Shown here one piece after another: positions 49,235 to 63,234 of a stretch of 64,000 bases of DNA (position 1 is its first letter; the number at the start of each line of letters is the position of its first letter). The notes under the pieces were generated by a model, which saw nothing but the letters and a program-made list of their open reading frames with translations, had not been told where the DNA came from and ran no database searches. This DNA comes from Geosiphon pyriformis uo1 (Eukaryota > Fungi > Glomeromycota). The DNA lies in assembly GCA_016748015.1 (NCBI GenBank), contig JAAOMT010000151.1, positions 62,001-126,000 of the forward strand, read 5' to 3'. A program made the translations under genes and the position numbers.

Positions 49235-52200
49235 TTAAGTGTTCAAGTTTGGTTGTTGTTTTATTATGATTATTGATTCTAAATTTTGGTAAATATCTTT
49301 AGGATTAATTAAAGAGAAATGTATACCAATTTGTAAAATTAATGATTCAGAATTGTTTCTGGAATAATAGTATTTCAATCTATTTTTATGTGTAACTTTT
49401 GCCAGTACTTTGTCATCAAATCTTAATTTGTATGATTTATTGTCTAGAATTTCGTGAATATAAAATGGTCCATTCCATTTATGTTCAAATTTTTCACTCC
49501 ATTGTTTTTCAGCCTTAGTTTCGTGTAAGAAAACTTTATTTCCAACTTTAAATTCATTGGTAACTGATGGCAGTTTGTTGTCATGTCTTTCTTTTTGTAG
49601 AGCTTGAAAGTATTTAATATAAGAGCCTGCTATGTGTCTTTTTTCTTTCAATGTACTAAGGAGAGTGTAGGCTCTTTTTTGAAGTGTTTCTTGAAAGTTT
49701 TCTTTATTGATTGGTTGCATTGAGTATGTTTTCACTATGAAATTAATTGGTAATGTTGCTGTCCTTCCATATGTAAGATCAAATAGTATGTGTTTCATAG
49801 TATCTTGTTTTAATGTTCTGTATGCTAGTAACACTAATAGAATAAAGATATCCTATCTCTGCTCAAAGTTTGTTGAGACTTTGGCTAAAAATTTACACAA
49901 TATTCTGTTGAACCATTCTACAAGTTCATTTGTTTGAAGATGATAAGATGATAATAGAAGTCTTTTAACATTGAATTATTCACAAATTTTTTGTATCAAA
50001 TTGTTTACAAAATGTGTTTCTTGATTAGATAAAAGTTTAATTGGGCATCTATGTCTACAAATAATGTCTTTATAGATGAAATTTGCTACTGATTTTGCAT
50101 CTGCTCTTTGGATGGCTCTAGCTTCAGGTCATTTAATAAGATAATCTACTGCAACTGCAATATAACAATTTCTTTGGGTTGTGATAAATAATGACCCAAC
50201 TAAATCAATTCCAACTCTGTCAAAAGGTTGTTCAACTTTGATTGGATTTAAAGGTTCTATGGGGTGAGTTTCTCCTTTTTTTTGACAACTATCACAAGAT
50301 TCTACATATCATTAAATGTTTTTTTGTATGTGAGACCAAAAATAATATTCAAGAGTTTTTTGAATTGTTTTATCTCTTCCCAAGTGTGCTGAAGAAGGAT
50401 CTGTGTGCATGTTGTATAGGATTGTTTCTTTTTTATTTTTTTGTACTAATCTTAATGGTTGGTTTGAATTTCTGCAATTTTTGTAATAAATTTTGTTGTA
50501 GTGTATAAAATATTGTTTAGATTGGTGTTGTAATCAATGTTTTTTACTTGGAAACCAATTTTCTGGTATGGTAAAAGTCTTCAAATAGTTTTTAAGATTG
50601 TTGTAATTTCTGAAATCTATTGTTGTTTTGTTGTTTTGTTGATAGGTTAGTAAGTTGTGGTGGATTTGTTGTTAGTATTAATCTTGTCTCATTCTTAAAA
50701 GGCTATCAACATTGGTATGTAATTTTCTTGGTTTGTGGTATACAATATACTTGTAGTCTGCTAGAAAATCATTCTATCAAGACTGTTTGGCACTTTGTTC
50801 AGTTTTCTTCTTATTGAGCCATTTGAGACCAATATTGTCAGTTATGATGTCAAATTTTTTTTCATTATTCAGATATTGTTGAAAATATTTAAGAGCCCAA
50901 ATGACTATGGCAGCTTCTAATTCAGTTAAGCTATATTTGAGTTCTGTTGGCTTGAGTGTTCTACTAGCATAAGCAATAATTTGCTCTTGGTCATTTTCAT
51001 TTAATTGTGACAAAATGGCACCAAATGCTATATGTGAGACATTAGTGGCTAGTTGGAACTGTTTGTTGAAGTCTGGGTATGCAAGAACTAGGGCTGTTGT
51101 TAATTTTGTTTTGAGAGTTTCAAAAGCTTTTTGTTGTTTTTCAGTCCATTAGTATGGCATATTTTTGTTGATAAGGTAGTTGAGTGGTTTGGCAATTTCT
51201 GAAAATCTTTTTATAAATTTTTGATAGTAGGAGGCTAATCCTACAAATCTTTGTAGCTCTGTGGTATTTTTGGGAGTTTGGAAGTTTTTAACAGCACTAA
51301 TTGTTCCAGAGTTTGGTTTGACTTCATCTTTGCTAACAATATATCCAAGAAAGATTAGGCTTGTTTTTTCAAAGTGACATTTCTCAATATTCAACTTTAA
51401 TTTTGCTTTCCATAATTGTTAAAAAACTTTTTGCAGGTAAATAAGATGAGCTTCAAAGCTTAATAAGTACACATCAATATCATCCAGATAGACAACTACT
51501 GATTGCCATAAGAGTTCTTCATATACAACATCTATGAATCATTGAAATATTGCTAGTGCATTACAGAGTCCAAAAGGCATAACATTGAACTCATAGTTTC
51601 TTTTTTGAGTGGTAAATGCTGTTTTGGGTCGATTTTTTGGGTTCATTTCGACTTGCCAGTATCCACTTTCTAAGTTTAAAGTTGAGAAAAACTTGGCTTT
51701 TTCTAGGACATCTAGCATGTTATCAATTCTTAAAAGAGGGTAGACATCTTCAATTGTCACACTGTTCAGTTGGCAATAGTCAACACAAAATCTGATTTTT
51801 CAGTTTTTTGTTTTAACTAGGACTACTAATGAGACCCAAGAAATTCTTGATAGTTGAATTAATTTATTATTGAGCATTTTCTGAACTTCTTCTCTGATGA
51901 ATTGGTGGCTGGCAGGTGGCACTTGATAAGCTTGTTAATGTTTTGGTGGAGCATCTTCTATATGGATTTAATGTTGAACAATATCAGTTTTTCCAAGGTT
52001 ATTGTTGTCTTTTGCAAATATATCTGCAAATTCAGCTATTAGTTGTTTCAATTGTCTTTGTTGTTGGGGTTTTAAGAGACCCATGTTGATTCAAGAGAGT
52101 TTTTCTTCTAACAAGTGATAGTTTTTAATTATAGGGATGATGTTTGAATTTGAAAGTAGAGTATGTCTTATAATTTTGATAAAATTAGAAACAATTTGAG

Positions 52201-55200
52201 AGTTTTCATCTTGAAAGATGTTATTGTGTATGATTCTAATCTCTAATTTGTTTAATAAGATAATAAAGTAATTATTGGGATTGTAGAATATAACTCAAAA
52301 TTTTTTTATTCCTTTGGAAATATAAACATTTGGAATTGAGATTTCATGCTTTAAACAGATTTGTTCATTGGATTCAAAGATTTGTTGGGTAGTGATGGGT
52401 TTTGAGCAAGTGTAAATTTTATAATGTTCACCAAAAAGTAAAATGATAATTGGTTGGGGAAGTTGAAAAATCTGGTGAGATTCATTCTGTGCATTGAAAG
52501 TTATGTTTACTGGTATTGTAAATTGTCTAGTTAAACCAAAATCTTGCATTTCTTTTTCACTTTTTTCCAATTGTTTTCTGTTGTTAACTGATTGTAAACT
52601 CGAAATATTGATTAAGAGTAGATAAATTGCTTGGGCAATTTTCTCAGCATGTTCAATCCTGAATGGTTTGTCTGTCTCATTCTGTAACATGATAGTAATG
52701 TCTCCAGTATATTCTGCATCTATGATTCCTCCTCTAACATTGATTTTTTTGCTTGCCAATGATAATCTGGATGCAATTTGAACCATTGCTTCAGGTGGAA
52801 TTTCAAGAGCAATTTTTAGATTGATTTTTGTCAAGAACTTTGGTTAGAGAACCAAAGTATTTTTTTCTGGATATCTTAGATTATATCCAGCATTGATCTT
52901 GTGTGCTTTTTCTGGTCTGATTTTTTGGCCATGGTTGTCGAAATATTTAAGTTGTAGAGGTGGTTGATTTTCAAGAAAATAGATGGAAGTGATTGGTAGT
53001 TCTTCTACCAGTTTAGATACTCCAAATTTGATTTCTTTTTCATCATTCTCATCTGGCAAGGGAATGCTAAGACCATAGCATTCTAAACACTATTGGTCAT
53101 TATAGAGCATAATACATTCTTCACATAATTGAATGTTTATTTGCTTTAATTGTTAAATTTAAGCTTCTTTGGTTGAATATATATGACTTGCAATTTGGTG
53201 ATAGGTTTCTACTTTATCTTTATAATCAAATCCAGCTAATTCTATAATATACTCAATGTATTCAGCTTTTTTCATTTGGTGAACATCTTCTTGTGTGGCT
53301 TTATTTATTAAAGCCATTGCTAAATCAAAGATCATTTCAGCATTATGTGGATAGTGGTAAAGTTTGTTGAGAGCACTGTTGTATGCTGTATCAAAAGGTG
53401 TTCCTCTTTTAACTTTTTTTGAAATTGATAGAGTGTATTAACAGGTTTGGTTACATACTTCTCCTCTTATTACAACATCAATCCAGTTGCATTCTTTTGG
53501 TAGCATATCTTCATATGTGAAACAAGGAGTGTTGTCCTATTTTCCACTTTTTTTTGGGAATCCAAATCGTTCTCTATGACATGCTTTGCAGAAGTAGCAG
53601 ATGCAACTTTTATATTCCTTTTCTGGTGAAATACAGGCTTCTATAAATAAAAGCTTCTTTTTTCAAAAATCTCTTGTTCTGTTTCTTCAGTCAAATTGGA
53701 TGTTGATCTAAGAGCCATGTAGGTCTCAATGAGTGGCATTTTTTTTTTTCCTCAAATTCAAATACTGGGGCTTTTTCTGATCATTTGTTAAAAGTACCAC
53801 AAGTAGCAGATACTATGGTGTATTGTTTTTGATATAAGATTTTTAGTTTTTGGGTTTCTTAGTCTAAGTTTGCATTGGTTTTAAGAAGCCAATCATTTCC
53901 AACAAGTGCTTAGTATTGGGATGCATCCATGACTAGAACTTTGACTGGAATGGTGATTCCATCAATGGTAAATAAAAAGTTGTCAATTTCTCCTACTGGT
54001 GTCTTTTTCATACTATCTGCTGTAACAATTACTGTTTGGACTGGTCTGTCAACATTTTGATTAAGTTGTTGCATTAATTGGTAGGTGATAATACTTTCAA
54101 CAGATCTACTGTCTAGAATTAATTGAATGAACTTCCCTTCTATTGTAGTTTTAGTGTACATAACAGTGATAACTTTTTGCTCATTGATGGCTGTATTGCT
54201 AAGCAAAAATGGTGATTCATTTGCTTCAAATTCGAATGAGAATATATCTGAAAGATTGGCATTTTGGGCAATTTGGGCTGGTGGAATAGTATTGTTGGAA
54301 GAGTTTGATTCTGGTGCTACAACTTTACCTTCAAAAAGTACAGTTTGTTAAAAATCCGATTTTTCTAACATTGTAAGATAACTGGGTTGAGTGTGGTAGT
54401 GATTGGGCCTTTGCTGACCAGAATTTTGAGGAACCAACTGGTTGTTTAAATTGATTCTGTTGTTATTATTCTGAAATTGATTTTGAGGTGTGAATTGGTT
54501 TTGTTAAACCAATTTTTGGGCAGATATTTGGTATTGTTGTGTAGATGGCTGTTGATACTGTTGGATTGGTAGAGGTTGTTGATATTGCTGCTGTGGGACA
54601 GGCTGATAGTAGTTGTTTTGCTGTTGGGATCTTGAAAAATAATAGGCTGGTAATGGAAACTGGTAATGAAATTGCTGTATTAAAAAGTAATGCTGATTAC
54701 TCCTGTTTTGTTGGTCTCTTTGTAGCTTTCTGCAATCTCATTTCCAATGTCCTAAAATCCCACAATAATAACAACTTTGGTTTTAACTGTTTGATAAGGA
54801 TGAGTAGTTGTTTTGGTTTTGTCATTGTGATGGCTGATATCTTTGTGGTTGTTGCTATTGTTGTTGGTTGGTAAAATAGTTCTCAACTTTCTTTGTAAGT
54901 TGGTCAATTTTCTCTTCAGCTGCTGAGCTGGTTTCTTCAATAGCAAGATTCACAAGTTTGGTATGGTTTGTTTCTTCTATTGCCATTTCATAGTTTTTTG
55001 CATGTCTAATAGCTGTTGCTAAGCCTTCTGGAGCATGTGGGCAAACTTTTTTTATCAATTTGTCTTTTAATCCTGCTATAAACTGATCTAAAATTTGGGC
55101 ATTGGAATAATATTCATTGGTTTTCAATTGTCGAATTCATTGAAGAAGTTTGTTGAATCTTTTAAGATAGGTCATAACAGTTTCAGATGTTTTTTGTTTG

Positions 55201-56244
55201 ATATTGCAAAAGCAATTTTGGAGAGTGATAGAAATGTTGTTGTCAGTAAACTGTTGTAAGAAAGCATCTTTGAATGCTTGCCAGTTTTCAAATAGTTCTT
55301 CTAAGTTTTCAAATCATTCTTCTGTAGTTCTTTGAAGAAAATATGAAATTGCTTTGAGCATTTTTACTGTATTCCAACCATTTGCATCTTCTGCTTTCTG
55401 AACTTTGTCAAGCCATTCTTGAGAACTGGTATCATTATTTTCACCAGTAAATTTTGGAATCTTTGCAATATAAGCAGTTGCCATTTCTTCTTTGTTTTCT
55501 ATGGTTCTTTCTTGTTCTGATTCAGTTTCTTTACTTTCAAGTTTTCTGAATAATTATTTTCGTTTTTCTGTAAGTAATTAATAATATTGGTGCTTGTTGA
55601 TATGGGTTTCTGTTGTTGAGTAGAACTTTTAGGTAACTGAAAATCTTCTAGTCTTGAGAAACAGATAAGTGGTGAATTTGGTGTTTGTGGTTAAGCAAAT
55701 GAAATTGGAAATGGTGTAATAAAAAGTAGTAATTTGATACTGGTTCTTTGTTCAGGTGTTTGTAAGTATTTGGCAGTTGTCTTTGGTAGTATTGAAGTGT
55801 TTAAAGTGGTTTTTAAGTATTGTTTCACTTTTTGTTTGTCTTTGTTGCTTGTTTCTGTTTTTGATTCAAAATCAAGAGAATATTTGGACTATACTGGGTA
55901 TTTTTCTTTACAATACTCAATAATGTTAAAATTAAGTTCTTGAAAGTAGGTGGCAAGAGTTTCACTGTTTAGGTCTTCTGTTCCCAATTGTGAATAGTGC
56001 ACTAAATTATTGTAGAGGTTGTTTCTGATTTTTAAAATATTGTAATTTCCAAAAAGATAGTTGTTGATGCAATTTTCAATGTATTAGTATAGTGTTTTCT
56101 TGAAAATTTCAATCCCGTCTTGGATGTTGAATTTTTGCTTGCAGTGTGTATAGATTGACTGATAATACTCTAGAGTTGTTGTGTCTGGTGTGGTCACCAC
56201 TTTAAATTTGTTGTTGCTGTGTTATTTCTATAAGAGAGCACCAA
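49235..56244 (-). pseudogene. gag-pol of B2: Gag-PR-Cys-rich-dUTPase-RT-RH-IN (GPF motif, no chromodomain)
   Basis: LILDSRS; dUTPase; YPLLRID, SGYWQV, VMPFGLCNA, VYLDD (~51480-51495); AYASRTL; VGIDLVG; KWNGPF. Confidence 0.92.
52526..52955 (-). pseudogene. Trimeric-type dUTPase domain of B2
   Basis: All five motifs recognisable: AGYNL, RLSL, GGIIDAEYTG, KIAQA, EKEMQDFGLT (decayed RGxxGFGST). Confidence 0.92.
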
Positions 56245-59200
56245 ATGTTACCAGAGGTTTTTGGTCTCTTTTTTTAAATGTTGTTAATGTTGATTTACTG
56301 TGAATTCACGTTTTCAGGAAGTAGTTGGACCTTCAGTAACTGAATTTATCTTCAAATTATCTCTTATAATTTGAACTGCTGGGCTTATAAATGGAATGGC
56401 CAATTCTGTGCCAGTTACTTTGTGTAGTTACATTATAGTAAACATCAACTCTTTTTTAGGAATTGCTCATCTAAAAGCTCACTAAAAATGTGTAGTTACT
56501 TTGCTGTGAAAGTCAACTTTTCTACAGGAATCTCATCTGTAGGCTACCCTAATGATTATGATAAGAAAAGTAAAAAAAAAATAATAAAAATATAAAAAAA
56601 ATAGAATTTTATCAAGGGAAACGTTTTCTATCCAGGCCTGGAGTCACTAACAGTTTACTGAAATTGGTAGTTAATCAATTTCAAAACGTTAGTTGTGTTG
56701 GGAGAATTTCAAGTGTAATAATTTTAAGGATTTGGTTTTCGAATATTTAATTTTTATTTAAATGTATAAAAAGTAATTTGTTTTAATTAAGATATCTAAA
56801 GTAAAGTACTGTAATAAAATACTATGAGAAGATACATTTTCTTGAAAAGAGATGCTTTTCTTTTATACAACTTGTTGTAGTACTAGTCTTTGAACTTGCA
56901 CTTTTCTCTTTGCTATAATTTGGGTAAATTAAAGATACATTTTGGTGAACTACAAGTTATTTCTACAAATTATTGATTATTTCGGCCAATTTTCATTAAT
57001 TTCGGCGAATTTTGATTATGTTAAATGGTTCAGGATATTGTGTAATTTGATCATCTTAATTTCTAGAGTACAAATCGGATTATTGATTGAGTAATAATAT
57101 TTGATAATTTGATTAAATAATAAGTAATAATCGAAATAATAATAATATATGCTAATTAATAATAGGAATTATGAGAGTAATTTCATGCTACTTAATAGCT
57201 AAAATTTTACTGGTAACAATGGTAATAATTTTTCTATTTTAAAGAGTACATTTACTTAATTTTCTGTGTTTGCAGTTGGTTTGGTAGTTGAGAACACATT
57301 GGAAAAAGATTGAGAGCTTTGGCTAGTCTTGTAGGATATGTACAAAGCATATGACTCAGTTGGTTGGCATTACTTGGAGGCTAGCTTGAAATGGATCAAG
57401 ATGTGCAATAGGTTCATTAAATTTTTTGGTAGCATACATATGAATAAAATTAATAGGGTCATGACAGATTTTGGTTTCTCAAAGAGCTAGAAAGTACATA
57501 ATAGTTTGGACCAGAATGAAGTTTTTTTCCCTCTTTTTTAGAGAATCTTTTATGATCCACTCTTATGTAAGGTCAAAAGACATAAACATTTGTGTAGTTA
57601 TCAGATTGATACTAAGTTTGTGGTAAAAACTGGCAGGATTAAGAATAGTGGTGGTTTGTCTTTGTTTTTTGCATCTGGTATATTTGTGGATAACACAATT
57701 TGGGTTGATAATTGTTAGACTTCTATGCAATATGCTTTGGACATTACCAGTAAATTTTTTTTGATCAATGACATTTCTATTAATACTAAAAAGACAGTAG
57801 CTATTCCAATTAATTAGGATGTTAAAGTTGCTGCTTTGAGTATTAGTGACCAGTCCATTTTTGTAGCCAAAAAGAATGAGGCACACAGATATCTGGAAAT
57901 TTTTTTGTTAACTAAAGGATTGTTCAAGCCAAATGTGACTAAAGCTCATGTTAATGTTCATTTCTTTGTAAATATGATGCTCAGAAAAGCTATTACAGAC
58001 AAACAGTTCTCTTATTTAGTGTCATTTGTTTTGCAGCCCATTGTTAGTTACAAGACTTAATTTAGTTTTATCTCATCAAATGTGTGTAACAAGTGGGATG
58101 TCATGATCAAAAAAAGCCTTAAGTCTAAAGTGCATCTGTTCTAAGATTTCTCTAGTAAGGCTTTGCACCATTCTTTGTTTTATGGTTTAAAGTTTTTTGA
58201 ACAAATACAATTTAAGAATAAATTGGCTGCTGTGATCTTATTTTCTAATACTCCTGGCATCTTTGGTTGGTTGTTTTATTATAGGTTCTTGGATCTATAA
58301 ATTTTGGGGTGAACTTCTTTGAATCCCTTGCAATTCCCTGTTAAGTTGTTTGTTAGTCCTGTAAACAATTTTTTGGTTGGTGTGATTAAGATTTTTTTAG
58401 GTAACAAGCTGTCTTTGGTGAACAATTTGTCCACTGCTTTTTGTAGTTCTGGTATTTTTCTTATGTTGTTGATTCTTGGAAAGGCTTTGTATCTTAATTT
58501 GATTCATTTTTTGAAGCATTTTGAAATTGCTTTTGGTAATAAGCTCTTTGATAAAAAAAGCTGTATTATGGATTAGAAGATTTTTCATTGGTAGAAGAAA
58601 TTAGATCTTAGGGGTCCCATTCTCTTTTGGTTTGAGGTTATGTCAAGATTTCTATATAATGAGAGTTCTTTGCTGTCAGTTATATCAGTTCCAACTGTTT
58701 TTTTTCAGCTAACTGGTTTGAGTGTTTTAGATTTAGGAAAGTTTGCTGAGATGCAAGATAATTTACATAAGATTTGGTCTGGCATGTTTGAGGTTTATAC
58801 AAATGGCTCATTAAAAAATGCTGGCTCTGCTGGTATTGTTAGTGATGCTGCTACATATTTTCTAATGTTGGACTTGTGTATTAGTATTGGTGTTTATGGT
58901 CTTGCTTTTTCTATTTTGGCTGAATTGCAAACTGTTGCTTTGTCTTTGGAGTGTGTTCTATCTTCCTGTTTCTTGGTCTTGCATCTCAATAGCCAAGCTG
59001 CTATTGATGTATGTGTGTTGAAGGTAGCATTAGCTGTACCTGATTTCCATAACCAATGCTGGATCAAAAGAAGACATATTGTTAATTTAATTAGGGATAA
59101 AAATCTCATGGTTAGTTGGATTAAGATTAAGAGTTATTCTGGGGTTTATAATAATGATAAAACAGATGCTGCTGCTAGTGTGACTGCTGGTTCTCCTTTT

Positions 59201-60229
59201 TTTTTGCCAGTAGATGTGTATGAACATTTTTTGGTGGCCAAAAACACTACTATTTCTGACAATGTCTGTTATTTTGTTAGGAATATTTTTAGATCTGTTT
59301 GTCATGCTTGGTGAAAAGCTGGTCCTGGTTTTAATGTTGTTCTTGATTTGTTTATTATAGATATAGACTGAGAAATTACTGCAAAAATCTAACACTTTGA
59401 CTTACATATGCTTGCTGGCTCTATAAGTTGGAAGTTTTTCACTCTTTGTATTTATTTAATGAAAGCAGTGCATAGGTAATTGCCAGTGGTTGTTAGAAAA
59501 AAATTGTATGATAAAAGTTATTCTGATATGCTGTGCTTGCTGTGCAGTGAAGTAGAGTTATCAGATTACATTTTCATTTGTGGTCAAAATATTAGTATTT
59601 GGAGTGAGATTTTAGCCAAAGCCTCTACATATTGGACTGTTATAGCAGATGCTTTTGGTCTGTTTTTTTTTGCTGTTTTGAATATGCTTTCTCATTGTTT
59701 GTTAGACTCTGAAGCTTATACTGTTGTGTGCAAAAAGTTTGTGCTTAAGAATTGGTTTGTAAAAACCATTGAAATTTTTGATTATAAGAAGAGAGCCATC
59801 TATACTGTTGTAAATTTTGTGGGATATTTGGTAAAGTTGCATTGTTCAAGAGCCTGGATGTTGAAATTTAAGTTTAGAGTTAATATAGAAAGAGCTGGTT
59901 TGGTTGGAGATGGTAATATGGTATCAAATTTGTCTTGTAGTTTAGCTATACTATCAGGTAATGTAATTAAGATACTTAGTATTATAGAGTCTTTTGCTGT
60001 TAGTTTTGGCCATTGGAGGTTTTGTCTTTTCTATTCTGGTTTGGGAGGTAATATACATGTTAACATAGATATATAGTGTTGCTTTGTTTGGCTTGAGTGG
60101 CTGGCTACATGTAATAAGTACATGAATTACATTTAGTTTAAGTCACTTAGTTTGGCTCTATATATTAGATAGCAATTGAACTTCATTTATAAAACATTTA
60201 AAAAAAACAACAACTAAATATTAGAATTT

Positions 60230-60960
60230 TAATTTATACTATTTTTTTATTGTTTTTTTTTATTGTTTTTTTCTATTTTATTTTACAAATAATATATATA
60301 TATTTTTTAATATTAAGTTTTAATAAAATTTTTTTAAATATGTTTAAATACTTTTTTTTCTACTATAGCATTAAAAATTTATATTTTTGGTTTTTTAAAC
60401 TATAAATTGATTATTTTTTTTAGTTGGTTTATTGTTAATATTTTTATAATTAAGTGTAATAATATTTTATTATATTTATATAATATTATATATAATTAAT
60501 ATATTGTTTTTTAAGTTCTTTTTTCTAATAAAATGTTTTATTTATTGTATTATTTTTTATTAAATACTTGTTTAGGTTTATTAATATTTAAATATTTAGT
60601 TATTGTTCTAAGTAATAATAATATTATATATTTAAAAATTATTTTTTTTAGTTTTTTTAATCTTTTTTTATTAGTTTTTTAAATTAAATAACTGTTAGTG
60701 AATTTTTAAAAGTTTTATTTTACTTTTTTAACAATTTTTTTTATATAATTATCTATTTATATTTGTAATTTATTATATAAAGCTATTTAAGTTGTTGTTT
60801 TTAAGTAGTTTTATAATAAATTTCTTGATTATTAATTGTTATTTTTATGTTTAACTTTTATTTTTTAATACTTGAAATAATTATTAAATAATTAAATAAA
60901 TATTATCTGTAATTTTTATTTTATTAGTTGTTTTATTATATTTTATTAATATATATATTT
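60230..60960 (-). repeat. Decayed dispersed repeat, homologue of 34825-35600
   Basis: Collinear reverse-complement match over ~700 bp. Confidence 0.7.
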
Positions 60961-61327
60961 TTTAGCTTTGTAATATGCTGATTTCAATAATAATAATTGG
61001 TTATAAATCTCATAAAATCTTATATAATTTAATCAATATTTCTTGTTTATTAATTAGTCAAGATAAATTGGCAAAATATCAAATAACTAAATAAAATTTT
61101 TACATAAAAACTTAATTTTATCAGACTTTATTGTTTAAATTGTTAAAAATTAAGAGACTATTAATATTAATATATAAATTTGTGTTAAAAAATACAATAC
61201 ACATAAGTCAGAGTTATTATCCAAAGTTATAAATACTGTTTTTAATGTTTAAATCACAAGTTATAAAGTTATTATTTATCTTAATTATTTTTATTAAAAA
61301 ATTTTATAATTTTTTTATCTACAACTT

Positions 61328-61549
61328 TCATTTATCTTTATTTATTTCCAGCTTTTTTTCTTGCTTTTCCAGCTTTTTTTTCTCTTCTGTCCACTTTTTA
61401 CTTTGGTTTTCATTCACATCCTCTTTTTTTCTCAACTTTCTTTTTAATTCACTTAACTTATTTAGCTTCTTCGCATATTTGTTATACTTAGTCTCAGCTT
61501 TTTTCAATGCTTGTTTAATATCTTCAATGCTCGTCATGATGTTTTGCAT
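61328..61549 (-). pseudogene. Short K/E-rich coiled-coil ORF, probably a truncated gene fragment
   Basis: MQNIMTSIEDIKQALKKAE...KWTEEKKKLEKQEKKLEINKDK*; the TGA could be a mutated TGG; the continuation is decayed. Confidence 0.35.
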
Positions 61550-62114
61550 GTTTGTTATGGTTTGGGAAGATATGGCCTAATATATGTCAGATCTTTGATT
61601 TATCGGTATAAATTTACTATTTAGGTAACAAATCCGCCTTTGTTAAATTATAACAATAATCAAAGTTTTTACCTCCTGCCGTATGCTTATATAATATAAT
61701 TGTTTTTTTTAATAATTATTGTATTGTGCAATATTTATTAATATGTTTATTAATTATTTTTATGAATAAAATCCGTTTTATTATTTTAAAATAAAATATT
61801 TTCAACCAAAATAAAGCTACGTAAGCAAAACTTATAAGTAATTTAGATGTTTTGCTTTTTTTTCCATTATAATTTTTTCATCCAATAATTGTGGATTTAT
61901 TAAACGCAGGTGGGAATAAAATGGTCAGGTGCAGTTGACTATTCCTGTATATTGACGAACCATATTTAAACCACCATCAGAAATAAATTATCTCGGCTTT
62001 ATTCTAATATTGTGAATACAATGTTTTCGCTATTTGAAAAGATATATTCTGTGACCGATTTCTATTCAGAGAAAACAAGTCGGTGAAACTGAGATTGAGA
62101 CACTTTTAAAGCCC

Positions 62115-63234
62115 TTAATCCGATTCTTCATTATCACTATAGACTAAAATGGAGTCCAAAGCATTTGAACTTGAATTTATGTGCTTTACAGGGTTGACTA
62201 AGTTTTTCTCAGATGATACGATTGTTGCAGAAGCAGTAACAGCTTCGGATATTTGAGCACCATATGTAGGCGAGTTTATCATCTCGCTTTCAACTTTTTT
62301 GTGAGAAGGTAATGAATTACCACCACTTCTTTGGCTAAACTTGTTGGAGTTTCTTTTTGAAATGGATTTTTCATCATCATCCAATTTCAGGCGTTTGTTT
62401 GAGCGCTCATTTGAAACGGTCTGAGAACTTTCTGGGAAAAGTTTTTTTCGAACACTATTACTGTTTTTTCGTTTAACAGCACCCATGAGTATAAGACGTT
62501 GCATATCTGGTTTTATAGGGTTATTGGTTAAAGAGCCACCAACAGTTTTGGTGTCTAATTTAGGCTGTTGTGACGTTAGCGGTAATACCACTGGTGAACT
62601 CAAAATTACACCAGTACTATCTGCCTCCATGGCAGCACTAGCCAAGGATGGTTGAAATTCCATGAATGGGAAACAATATGGTGACCAAATGAACCAGAAA
62701 CAGAAGAAAAGATGTAACAAACCGCCTAAACTCTTCCAACTCCTCTTTTTCTTTCCGTAGTTTATCGAGCTCTTTGGTGCGCTCTTCATTCTCCAACGCG
62801 GCCAAGAAGTCTATTTCGTCCTCATCAAGTCTGTGTACCAGATTACCTTTGAACATATAAATCAATTGGACAAAAAAAATCCGAATAAAAATTCATTTTG
62901 CTGGAAGAGCCATCTGGCTTTAACATACTGAATCTAGTCAATTCCTGAAAAGTTTCCTCCTTTTTCATTTTTTGTTCTTGAAGACGTTCGTACAAAGTTC
63001 TTGGATCATAGACTTCCTCTTGAAGCTTGGCTGTTTCAGGATCTACATAAAATGAGACACAAGTTCGATTGGAATGCTTGTAAACATCCAAGGCTATTGA
63101 ATAGGTCACTTTAGTAAACATATACTTTGACCGCTTTCTTCGAGTACTTTTTTCCATTCCGCTTGACGCTTTTGTCGGGCTTCTTGGATCTCTTCTTCCG
63201 AGACAAACTTTCTGGAAATTGAAACACTTTCCAT
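62115..63234 (-). CDS. FAM192A: FAM192A/PSME3IP1 (PIP30/NIP30)/Fyv6-family protein, 289 aa; exons 63234-63126, 63042-62929, 62846-62723, 62637-62115
   Basis: Spliced product MESVSISRKFVSEEEIQEARQKRQAEW...YDPRTLYERLQEQKMKKEETFQE...LDEDEIDFL...EELEEFR fits the FAM192A/Fyv6 N-terminal domain; three GT-AG introns of 83, 82 and 85 nt keep frame; acidic tail YSDNEESD; CpG retained. Confidence 0.9.

Larger units (their letters stand above)
47421..57218 (-). mobile_element. Gypsy-B copy B2, full-length decayed dUTPase-bearing Ty3/Gypsy element
   Basis: LTRs 56246-57218 (5') and 47421-48390 (3'); TSD ATGA/ATGG (47417-47420 / 57219-57222); PBS 56226-56243. Confidence 0.95.
43551..60207 (+). mobile_element. 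LINE-Z2, full-length decayed relative of Z1, interrupted in RT by B2
   Basis: ORF1 ~43613-45583; ORF2 45580-47420 + 57219-60076 (APE, RT, RNase H 58640-59314, CLLC..E..D...C); A-tail 60200-60207. Confidence 0.9.

Noticed and set aside
61245-61580. Phe/Ser/Leu-rich 111-aa membrane-like ORF
   Set aside because: Antisense shadow of the K/E-rich coiled-coil ORF.
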